Shown piece by piece: positions 50,624 to 61,377 of a stretch of 64,000 nt of DNA; the first letter of the stretch is position 1; each line of letters begins with the position of its first letter. The position numbers were made by a program, and so were the translations under genes. Under the pieces are notes generated by a model. It did not search any database. It was not told the origin of the DNA and saw only the letters and a program-made list of their open reading frames with translations. The DNA comes from Rhodosorus marinus CCMP1338 (Eukaryota; Plantae; Rhodophyta), in the NCBI GenBank assembly GCA_029953675.1, contig JAMWBK010000002.1, forward strand, positions 2,294,001-2,358,000. Direction: 5' to 3'.

Positions 50624-51515
50624 ATGGAGATTGGTTTTGTAGGAAGTCTACCTGGCTCTGGCATTCGCCAGCGTGCTCTGCTGAAAGACTCGCGGAGGAG
50701 CCCGTGTCGTGTTAGAGCATCGGCGAGCAGTCAGGATGTGGACGTTGAGCAGATGATGAAAGAGCTGGAACGCTTGAAAGCCGAAAATGAGAAGATAAAA
50801 GGGGGAAGATCTGAAACTCCAAAGGCACCGGCTGTCTTGGGCAATCCGAAGATGGGAGAGGTTGGTTCGGATGGGCGGTCGCTCAAGTTTGAGTCCATGG
50901 CGGAAGGCGATAAGCCCGTTATTATGCCGTTCATTGGAAAAATGTCCGACCTCACTGCACAGGACATCAAAAGCGCAAAGAGAATTACAGCTGAGGACTC
51001 ATCCATCGACTGGCTGAGAGTAGCTCCGCCGGATGGACAGTTGGAAGGAAGATTTCTCGCAACTCCATCTGTTTATGGGGTAAGACAACCGACAACCCCA
51101 GGATTCCAATCCCGTCAACGGAAACAAGTCGATCAAAAATCGCTTTCCGAGAACACGAACAGGAAAAACTAACGACAAGGATTGCTCTTACCCCTAGTTT
51201 GAAAAAAGAGCTTGCTCGGATCTAATGGCCATTAGCTGTAAAGCATCAGAGGTAGGATTCACATTCCCAGACGACGCAGACCCTGAAATGTATATTGTTA
51301 TCAGCGTCAACGAGGCCGATGTGGAGTTTGAATCGGGCAAGTTTTGCCTCTGGGACTGCAAGACGCATCTGAGGGTTGGACACGCTGCGTCTCCTTTGGA
51401 AGAGGAGATGGGTGAGCCGATAGCCCAAGCCGTTCTCGCGTATTTTAAGGATCTCAAGGATATGAGCAAGAAGAAACCTTTCTTCGCTGAAGGTGCTGAT
51501 GAGTTTGTCTTCTAA
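50624..51515 (+). CDS. Hypothetical plastid-targeted protein with coiled coil (intron ~51080-51198)
   Basis: MEIGFVGSL...CRVRASAS transit-peptide-like N-terminus; two ORFs joined in frame by a GT-AG intron. Confidence 0.7.
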
Positions 51516-52262
51516 GAAAAGAGAGCCCGTAAGTGGTTCAGTTGAGGGCGGGTGGTCGTCAACGGCGTTTGAGGCCACCAGCTCTTACGTTGCCAAAGAG
51601 ATTCTTTCTTGTGCGGTTAGACGAATCAGATCCATTAGGGTAAAACCAGAAAAAAGACTACTAGACATCATCTGGGTTTAGATGAAACCTCTCACGACCC
51701 TCTGAGACCGTCACAACAGCTCTGCCGTTGCCATTTTTCAATAGCAAACCATTAGAATCGACTTTGTGCAGCGGAAGTCTCCTCCCGCACAAGCTGGCGT
51801 GCTGACGCAGTCGGACGCGTCCGCCCAGTGCACAGCCTGGTCATCATAGAAGCCTCTCCTGTTCTGAAACCAGCGGCTGTTCAGCCTGTTGGATATCGTA
51901 TTTAGAACAGCCTTTGGTGGACACAAGAATAGATCGTTCTCCAAACGTCCAGACGTGCCTCCCGACCTTCTTGAGGAAGACGTGAAGACACTGTTTCTGC
52001 TTATCATTCATACCTTTCTTTGATCAATTGCACAAGCTGGTTAAGTGGACCTATTGATGAAGTGTGAGAGGAGGACAGAGAGTTTTCAAAACCTCTAGAT
52101 TGGTTGTCTTCCTTCTTGAAGGAGGCTCAAACAAAGAGTTTCTGCAGATCCGTTCAGAAAGCTGGTTGGGACCAAGGATCAGGCTGCATTCGTTAAGCCT
52201 CCTGGGGAAGTTCGTTGAGTGAACTCGTTGAATAGGGTTTCTTTTGGTGTTTAAAGTCGGAG

Positions 52263-54138
52263 ATGTTGACCACAGAAGCAAACAGCGCTGTTATATACTC
52301 TGTGTTCGTTCGACAACACAGTGCAGAGGGCACGTTTGATGGCGTTACCTCAGATTTGGCGAGGATCGCGGTAGGGAGTGATGGGGAGAGGGGTGATGGT
52401 CGTTTTTTTTGGTGCTGAATCGGACTTTTGTTTCTATTTTGTCTGTTTAGGCGCTTGGAGCAACGCATATCTGGCTCCTCCCAATTCATCCCATTGGCGT
52501 GAAAAACAGAAAGCATTCAGATGCTTCCTTGGGTTGTCCATATGCAATTCGAGACTATAGAACAGTCAATCCTGAGTATGGATCTCTGGTTGGTTTTGAA
52601 TGCTGTCTCGGGTTCAGAGGTTTTGTTCTCATCTAGATATCCAGACTACCCACTTTGTAACTCATGCGATGTTTGTCTGGTGGTTCATTAGGAGGACTTT
52701 CAGAGACTAATTAAGACGGCGCACGAACACGACCTCAAAGTTCTCATTGACTGCGTGTACAATCACACATCTCCTGACTCTGTTCTCGTGAAGGAGCATC
52801 CCGATTGGTTTCACAAGAACGACAAGGGCGAGATAGCCACAAGGTTTTCAGAATGGTGGGATGTTGTGGATCTGGCATACTACAAAGACGGAGGCCAGCG
52901 AAAGTACGTCAAGAGAAAGACTCTTTACGAATCTCAACGACTTTCCTTGTTAGATGCTCCTGAAAAAAAAGCTCACGAGCTCGTTTCCGACTCTGCATAG
53001 CGAACCCCTTTGGGAGTATCTGGTGGAGTCTCTTATTTACTGGATCAGTTTAGGTGTTGATGGATTCCGATGTGACGTAGCTTCGGTGGTCCCGATAGAC
53101 TTTTGGATGGAGGCACGTGAAGGAATACGCTCCAAGTTTCCCGAACGATCTACGCTTTGGCTCGCGGAGTCCACCGGTCCGAGTATGATCCGTAGCTGCC
53201 GGAGAATGGGCATCCCGATGGCAAGTGAAGCACAGCTTCACCAAGCGTTCGAGCTGTGCTATCAATACAATATATTTAAGGTGAGAGCTATATTCGCTAC
53301 GAACGATATACGTCAGGAGTGTCCATGACGAACATGAAAGCGTTCTTTTGCTTCTCCAGGTCGCTCAGCGGTGTAGCAAAGGGTTAGAAGAAATGACAAC
53401 CCTTCTCGATGTCCTGAGACTCGAAGAGGCGAGCGAACAGCCTGAGTTTGTGAAGCTCCGTTTTGTGGACAATCACGATCAGCCTAGGATCTACGACATA
53501 GCGCGCTCGACTGAATCAGCAAATGCTTGGCTGTGAGACATACTCAGAAGCAATTATCCAGTCCGTTCGTGCAAGTGTTGAAGAGCTCATGCATTCACTT
53601 GACAGGTCCTTCACGGCGTTCATCCGAGGCGCCTTTCTTGTTCATCACGGAACCGAGAGTTTTGAAGACCGACAAAGCTCCTTGTTCGACAGAGAACCAG
53701 TCGTGTGGAAAGGATATCCGAACACTGAGCTGACGACGCAGCTCTGTGCCGTCAAAAAGTTGCCACAGATACAGAAGGGATCGCAGATGTTTCTGTCGGC
53801 TTCACCAGCCGTCTGCATGGCCCGGGTGTCGGACAGTAAGTCGCCTTGCGATTTCCCCACTCCCCCCGAGAGCGATCATCCCATCCTGACCTGAGCTGTC
53901 GATCTACATGAATCCAGATGCAAACACTGTTTTTGGTGTTTTCGACGTTGAGGGAAGGTCAACAGGTCAGCAGGAGGTTCGCGGAGTCCCCGACGGCTCC
54001 TACAGAAATCTCATCGGCGTAGGTGACATAGAAATCGCTGGGGGATTCATGTCGTTGGAGAATTTGAAGTACTCAGCTGCAATATTCGAATGCGCCGCTC
54101 ATGAGCCGTTAATAGAAATGAAAAGCAAGTTCGAGTAG
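52263..54138 (+). CDS. GH13 alpha-amylase-family glycosidase, bacterial-type, 6 introns
   Basis: VIYSVFVRQHS, IWLLPIHPIG, LGCPYAIRDY, DCVYNH, VDGFRCDVA (nucleophile), WLAES (acid/base), FVDNHD. Confidence 0.9.
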
Positions 54139-55182
54139 AAAATTTCTACGCAAAGAGTGAATGAAGCCACGCAGCAAAGCGTATCAAATCGCAGCTCGAG
54201 CTATTTTCCTCGGCGAAGTGGATAGGGTGGTCGACCCTGGCGGATAAAAGGACTGAGGCTGAAGAGAAAATCACAGGCTTGCCGGTCTGACAGCGTAGCC
54301 ATGGTGTGTGTTCGCACGTGGCAAAGGACGGAAGCCCCATCACTGCCACCAGTGGACGGACACGCATCCGACGAGGAATCCAGATGATCAACGCGACTAG
54401 CACGCAACACCTGGTGGTAGCCACAACGAAGCCATACAAGCGAATAACTCCATTGGAACTTGCGTACCGGAGAAAAATAAAAACAAATATGTCGCATACC
54501 ACATGAGGATCGGCAAAATCTACAGCAGTTGCATAATCACGAGCAAAGGGTCCGTTACGCGGAGTACAAGCCCATGCGCAGCGCGAGGCTGTTCGTTCCG
54601 CCTCCCGCCACATCCTCTAAACCCTACCGATCCTTACGTCACAGGGCAAAAAAAAACAAAAAACCAGGCCTAGACGAAAGTGCGTAACATCGAGATGTCC
54701 CAGCTCCTTCAGTACCTGCGAGGATGCCTGCTAGGTCTTCCATCCAGCGCCACCCAACCTCCAACAACTCTCCCTTCAAAAGTGCCAACCGTCCCATACA
54801 GGGTGAAACTTAAAACGCGTTTCCTCGAGAGCCGTTGTCACTCCCGGACGGAGCAAGAACTGCTCCCAAGGATAGTTGGTGGGTTGACGAAGCGTTTATC
54901 CCGGACGAGAGGACATCAGTGCGCAAACATTCACTCGTGCGCTCGTACACCACCGACGGTCGTATTCAAACTGTTCTCCAATAGGGTTCCGAGCCGTTTG
55001 ATTCGTCATTTTCACCTTGGGATCCTGTCAGAGGAAGGATCGTAGGTACACTTCTTTATTATACCCTCGTCAACAACCCAGACTCTAGTTCCCAATAGTG
55101 GTCCTGAGAAACCTCCCAAACCCTCTCCACCCCCCCTCTTCCCCCTTTTAAATATCCAAAACAATTTCTCATCTTCAATCCA

Positions 55183-55295
55183 TAATCCAGTCATTATAAA
55201 TGTAGATTGATAAATCAATCCAATATAGATTGATATCTAAGCATCAATCTTTAATCCAGTCATTATTATTTATTGATTGATATTCAATCAATAAA
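55183..55295. promoter_or_regulatory. AT-rich cluster of GATTGAT/ATCAATC inverted repeats and a 15-bp direct repeat
   Basis: Inverted pairs at 55205-55220, 55227-55250 and 55269-55295; TAATCCAGTCATTAT at 55183 and 55252. Confidence 0.5.
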
Positions 55296-55872
55296 CGCCT
55301 TCTCGTTCTAGTCTCTTTGCCAACTTTCGACTTTTCAATATGGGAATTTTTAGAACCGGGAAAAATTTGCTTTTTTTAGTGGATCGAACGTTAGCGGACT
55401 TTTTTTTTTTCAGGGTGGTTTTTTTAGAGCTTGATGGGGAGGGAGGAGGAGGTGGTAGTTGAGGGTCGATGGGTAGAGTTGGTATTGACGAAGAATGAGG
55501 GTGGGCAGGGGGAAGTGGGGTGGGTTGGGAGGTATTTGTAGAATTATGGGAAGGAATTAGTAGTACTTATGGAGGGAGGTGATTGCTTGAGGGCTTTTGT
55601 TTGGTAGGAGTGAGAAGATCTATTTGTTTTTGGGGGGGGGGGGAGGGGGTGTGATTTTTTGGTTTTATCGAAGTGGGACAAGGAGAGGAGTTGGAGAGGA
55701 GAGGGGGGAGGGGAGAGGGAGGAGAGGGGGCAAAATCGTATCTGAGAGGTGGATCTTCTTTTTTGGTTTTTCGTTTTTTTGGTTTTTGTTCTGTTTTTGT
55801 GGGTTTGCTGAGGAGTTTCGATGTTTGAGTTGAGGAGTTTGGGGGAAGTTTGATTGGGGAAAGGTGGGAGCG

Positions 55873-58055
55873 ATGGGGAGTTTTGGAGGGTTTTTTTTGG
55901 TATGGACTGGGTTGTTAATTGCGTTCTCGGTTGTGGTGAAGGGGGCGGAGGTATTTCCTACCTTTAGCAACTCGAAGGGTTTAGATGTTTTCTCTTTTGA
56001 TTCGCCTTTTGAAGACGATGAATCGGGTCCCCTACGATTCTGGAAATTTGCGGGCAAGTCTTTGGTGGCAGCAGAGGAAAACAGTGGCGCCGATGTCCTG
56101 AGACTCACGAATGCCGCGAACTCCGAGAGAGGATTGGCTTACTCCAGAATACCCTTTCTGTCAAACGAGTTTGAAGGCTACATCGATTTCCAGATCAAGT
56201 ATGCTTTTGCCCTGAATCGGGCTGTGCAGAGTCAAACACCATAAATTAAGAACTCGAAATACATCCGCTGACTTCGGAATGGCTTTTTTTTTGTGTTGCT
56301 CTGTTTTCAGGACACCAGCGAGAAGGATTTCGGCCGATGGAATGACGTTCTTCGCTCTAAACAAGCCCCCGCAGCCAGGCCCTGTGTACGGCCTTGAAGA
56401 GTCCTTCGATGGATTAGTAATTGCGATTGACACTTTCGCAAACTCGAAGAAGGTCAGAGTACCTAGCGTCTATGCGATGTATGGGGACGGTACGCGTAGG
56501 AAGTGGGAGGCCATGTCGGATGGAGCGGACAGAGCTCTTGGCAGCGGATGCTTTATCAACCTGAAGTTTGACAGTCGAATACTATTCAGAGTGCGGGGAG
56601 ATACCATCTACGTGGCCATCGGCAGCAGCCACGGGACTTCCACGAGAATGTGTTTCACAGCCACTGGTGTAAAATTCAGAGAACAGGACGGTATCCACTT
56701 CGGCTTCAGTGCCGAGACCGGGCATTTCTTCTCGGAGCACCTGATCAGCAAATTCCAAGTGATAGCGCTCTCAAAGTACCCGAATGTTGATCCACAAGGT
56801 ACATGACTCCTTTACTCCACTTGGTAGAACTCCATGCGATTTGGAACCATGGCCTTGACCTGGTGAACTGTGGGTGCTCTCCCTCAGCAGAGTACAGAGG
56901 CAGACTACTGAGTATGTTCTTATTTGAATGTGATTTAGAACTTCAATACGAGATTGAAGAAGACGGAGTTGAGGAAGTGGAAGCCTACAAGGATCTTTTC
57001 AATCTCGGGATGAAACGGGCTTCGTCCGATGACGACTACGATGCGTACGACGACGAGGATTACGACGACGAGGATTACGACGATGACTATGATGATTACG
57101 ACGACTACGACGATTACGACGACGAAGACGATGAAGGTGGTCATTCTCATCCTGACCCTGAAGACAGTAAGGCTCAACCTGACAGCGGCTCAAAGGCGTC
57201 GACAGACCAACAGCAGCAGCATCAGAAGCACCACGCTCACCATGGTCATGGCCATCGTCATGGGGTAAGCCGGCGTGTGGGGTTGCATATACACGGAACG
57301 GCAGTTATTTTTTTTTTCTGATCGATTGCGTTGCTCTTCTCCACTCGTCAGCGTCAAGCCCCTAACAAGCATTTGGAAGAGGTGGAGAAGAATATGAATC
57401 ACTTGAAGCTGAACATGATGCATCTGCTGCGCAAGGCTGCACCTGAAGCGGACGATTTAAACGACGCGCTGCATGAAATCAAGGAAGACCTTGGCATGAT
57501 TCTGGAAATAGTTGACGAGTATGTGCATTGCCAACAACACTGAGGTTTTGTTGCGGTCTCTTCCAGCTTCTAACACTCCACTTCCTGTAACGGCCTTAGA
57601 ACGGACCTGTCTTTCGAAGATATCGATGAAACTGCTGGGGACCTACCAGAGAAGGCAAACGACTTGATGAAGACAGTAACTGAGATAAAGACAATGGTTG
57701 ATAGGGTACGTCTGAAAAGCATCCGCGACGTTCCCTGCCTTTTTTTCGCCGGTTTCCTAACCGTAGATTCTCAAACTCTGGACTGCGTTTTCTGCAGATG
57801 GAAGGTGATCTAAACAATGTGGAGGAGTCGTGTGAGGATATCGATGAGGTCTTAGACGAAGTTGATGAGACAATCACTGTGTTTCTAGCGGAAATTGAGG
57901 GCTCGCTCAGTGGGAACGGGTTGTCATTCTGGCTGTTTGCTGTTGCTTCGCAAGCGCTTGTTGGGCTCGTCTTCACCTACGTCTTCCTGCAAGAGAAGTC
58001 CAAAGGAAATGCCCCCAAGAGAGGCGCGCGGTCCACTTTTGGTCGTCTTGTCTAA
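55873..58055 (+). CDS. L-type lectin cargo receptor (ERGIC-53/VIP36/Emp47-like), multi-exon
   Basis: Signal peptide; ADGMTFF; GPVYG...FDGLVIAIDTFAN; FGFSAETG; coiled-coil stalk; C-terminal TM and short tail ending LV. Confidence 0.85.
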
Positions 58056-58557
58056 GGATGGTGTGCTGGGAAGAGGGAATGGAACGAAATGGCAAACTTG
58101 GAAATACCCGCTCGCCCATACTTCTCCACCTGTAATTAAGCGATGCAGGAGGTGTTTTTCGCTTGCACTCTAAAATGATACTACGGCGCGGAAGCCGCGA
58201 TGCACTAACAGCACTCGCTCGAGGAGGCAACCCACTTACCTGCTCAAGCAGTTACAAGTTTCCTCCTGCAAACCACGACAAAACTTTTACTTTACGTCGA
58301 GGGAAAATGCTAATAATTCGCCTTTGAATCATCTATTCGTCAGCATTCCAGACCTGCTCTCAAGTGCATTCTGAGCGGACGTGCTTGCAGCAAGTAAACT
58401 ATTGGGCAGGACGGATTCTAAAGGACACCTCATGTGATCCGGTGGATCGGTACATGGTTCATTTCTTTCAATTTTTGCGAACAAATCTCTCCTTGTAGCT
58501 AGGTCGAATCGTCATTTCTCCGGTTCCTCTACTAGTGAACGCATGCAAGACAGGATG

Positions 58558-59585
58558 TCGGCGAGCTGACCCACTCCAAAACCGAAGGCGTTGGTTGGGG
58601 AATAAGACTGTCTCTCCTCGTCATGGAATGAGCCTAGGCGAGGATCTCGGCGATCTGACCCACTTCAAAACCAAAGGCGTTGGTTGGGCAACGAAGATTG
58701 CGTCTCCCGGTCAACGAGATGGGTTGGGAAAGGTCGGTCAGACTGGATCCCAGACAGGGCAGTTAGTAGCTAGTCAGGGCCATCCCTTCCAGACGTGTTG
58801 CCAACCTAGGCCAGGATCTCCTGGTCAACGAGATGGATCGGTCAGAATCGATCGCAGATAGCAAGCAGCTAGGCAGAACCATCCCTTCCAAACCTATTGC
58901 CAACCTAGGCCAGGATCTCCTCGTCAACGAGATGGATTGGGAGAGGACGGTCAATATCGATTCCAGAGGGTAAGCAGCTAGTCAGAACCCTTCCAAACCT
59001 GGTGCCAGCCTAGGCGAGGATCTCGGCGATCTGACCCACTCCAAAACCAAAGGCGTTGGTTGGGCAAACGAAGATTGCATCTCCTGGTCAACGAGATGGG
59101 CTGGGAGAGGTCGGTCAGACTGGATCCCAGACAGGGCGAGCTAGTAGCTAGTCAGGGCCATCCCATCCCTTTCAAACCTATTGCCAACCTACTAGGCCAG
59201 GATCTCCCAATCCATCTCGTCGAATGGATTGGGAGAGGACGGTTAGTAACGATCCCAGAGAGCAAGCAGCTGGTCGAAACTATCCCTCCCCCACATGTTG
59301 CAACCTGGGCCCGGGTCCCGGCGGTCTGGCCTACTCCAGAACAAGCCCTGCCAAACCTACCTATTGTCAACCTAGTCCAGGATCTCCCAATCCCTCTCTT
59401 CGAATGGATTGGGAGAGTATGTACAGGGTCGACCCCAGAGAGCAAGCAGCTAGTCGGAGGCTATCCCTTCCAAACACGTTGCCAACCTAGGCCCGGGTAT
59501 CGGCGATCTGACCCACTCCAGATACCAAAGGTGTTGGCTGGGGTAGCAGATTGCATCTCCTCGTCAACGGGATGGATTGGAAAGT
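58558..59585. repeat. Degenerate modular tandem array B (~100-115 bp core plus ~70 bp optional module)
   Basis: CCTAGG-type junctions at 58633, 58805, 58904, 59009, ~59188 and 59486; CCTAGGCGAGGATCTCGGCGATCTGACCCAC at 58633 and 59009. Confidence 0.9.
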
Positions 59586-59712
59586 TGGATGAGTCGATAG
59601 AGTAAAAATCTGAAAGTTGGATTCGTTGGGTGGTCGAACTGTTCGGGCTTATTGTTGTTTCCTGTTTGGCGGTGGTGAAGGGGACTTTGTTAGGTCTTCT
59701 AAGGCTTGTATA

Positions 59713-59724
59713 TGTGTGTGTGTG

Positions 59725-59757
<33 letters not shown>

Positions 59758-59760
59758 ATG
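59713..59760. repeat. (GT)n microsatellite
   Basis: ~48 bp of near-perfect TG repeats. Confidence 0.95.
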
Positions 59761-59784
59761 TTTAGTAGACGTTAGTGAAGGATT

Positions 59785-59899
59785 GGACGGGCTGCGGTTG
59801 AAAATCTGAAGGCGAGGAAGTCGGAGGTTGTTGCGCTTGTCTCAAAGGTTCGGACTCCCCGCTCTTTGATCCGGACAAAAAATATCTTCCTGGTTTTGT
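59785..59899 (+). repeat. ~115-bp direct duplicate of 60029-60142 (exon1/intron1 junction of the downstream gene)
   Basis: Near-identical; differs only at ACTCCCCGCTC/ACTCCTGGCTC and CAAAAAATATC/CAAAGATATC. Confidence 0.95.
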
Positions 59900-59905
59900 A
59901 CAACG

Positions 59906-61255
59906 ATGGCGTTTATTCTAGGAGGTGGGATTGGTGTGAGGGGTAGGAAGGTGGGGGCCGAGAGACCACGAGGGCGATGTCGGGTGAAGATGAGCGGTGC
60001 GGTGGTGGCTGGGGCTGGTACGAATCTAGGACGGGCTGCGGTTGAAAATCTGAAGGCGAGGAAGTCGGAGGTTGTTGCGCTTGTCTCAAAGGTTCGGACT
60101 CCTGGCTCTTTGATCCGGACAAAGATATCTTCCTGGTTTTGTCTGACTGTTTGCGGTTTTGGTATTTGCCCTCTAGAAATCTGAAAAGGATCAGTTTAAA
60201 AGTCAGGTGAGGGTAGTGGATCGGACACGGGAGATGACAAAAAGGGAGATCTCTATCAGACCTTAACAAAATTTCCCGTTTCTTTCGGTAATTCTTGCAC
60301 TCTCGATGGAAATTTAGTCCGTTCGATGCCATGTTGTGAATGAGAAGGAGCGCGATGAAGTACTCAATTTGATCTCCGAGCTTGAGCCAGACGTCATCAT
60401 CAACTGCATAGGTCTCGCATTTGATGAAACGATTGAGGACGATCACTACCTTGGGAGCGTGAACCTTGTTGATGCCGGCGCAAAGTAAGTTGCATTCAAG
60501 AACACTGTCCCCCACTTTCCCATTCCCCCCGTGTATCAGTTGACTGAGGGCGACTGCTATCTCGCTTTAGTGCCAAGGTCTCTAGACTCGTCTACGTCTC
60601 CGCTCTGGGAGCAGGAGACAGCGAGAGCGCTGTTCCTTTCCAGGTCATGGATACGATGCGTCCAATGCTGATGGACAAATCCAGGAGTGAGCTTTACCTC
60701 CGGGAGAGTGGTACGTTTTGAACTTTTTGACATCAAATTTCCGTTCTGCTCCTTCAGCAGAGAAATGCTGGTTAATTGAACTGCTCTTTACGCGTTACTT
60801 TCCTTGTGCTCCCTAGGCTTGGATTATACAATTGTCCGCTGCGGGCCCCTCGATGAAGAGGTAATCATACTGCCAGCCCGACCTCAGTATGCACCGTAGG
60901 ATAGAAATATATCTTCTTATGCATTTCTCCACGCCCCGCCCAACAGGAAACTAACACGCCGGTCGTTACTGAAGCAACGAACGACTGCTACGGAGGAATT
61001 ACAATTGATGGTCTGGCTGACCTGTTGTGTGGCTGCGTCAGTTCCGAGAAGGCCAAGAACGTAACTCTCACCGCTGTCGATACAATGAAGTAAGAAGAAT
61101 ACCCTTCATAGAGGTTTTGAAATGTTCCCCTTCTGTGCAGTTTTACTAACATCTTTACCACTCAATTGCTTCTGCCAAGGCTTCTCCACGTTCGACCGTA
61201 CGTCAGACCTCGTGAATTCTGGGAGCCGGTTCCTTTCGAGGTTTTCTCTCTATAA
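59906..61255 (+). CDS. NAD(P)-binding Rossmann-fold protein (atypical SDR/NAD_binding_10-like) with plastid transit peptide, multi-exon
   Basis: MAFILGGG transit peptide; VVAGAGTNLGRAAV; DVIINCIG; GSVNLVDAG; LVYVSALGAGDS; LDYTIVRCGPL; ends VPFEVFSL. Confidence 0.8.
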
Positions 61256-61377
61256 TTACTTACAACAACGACTAAAACCTCACCAGCAAAATCCTAATGT
61301 TGTTCACCGAATTTCCGGGTCTTGGCCCACATGCTATCTAGACTCACGGAAGCTCTCCCCTCCACACGCTGGAGAAG

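Noticed and set aside
54146-55045. 155-aa minus and 121-aa plus ORFs
   Set aside because: Cys/Arg/Trp-rich composition typical of non-coding frames; no domain.
38405-59585. Arrays A and B as CRISPR, or as one family
   Set aside because: No unique spacers and no cas genes, in a eukaryotic context. The shared short words (GGCCATCCC, TTGGCAATAGG) occur in inconsistent orientations, so common origin is unsupported.
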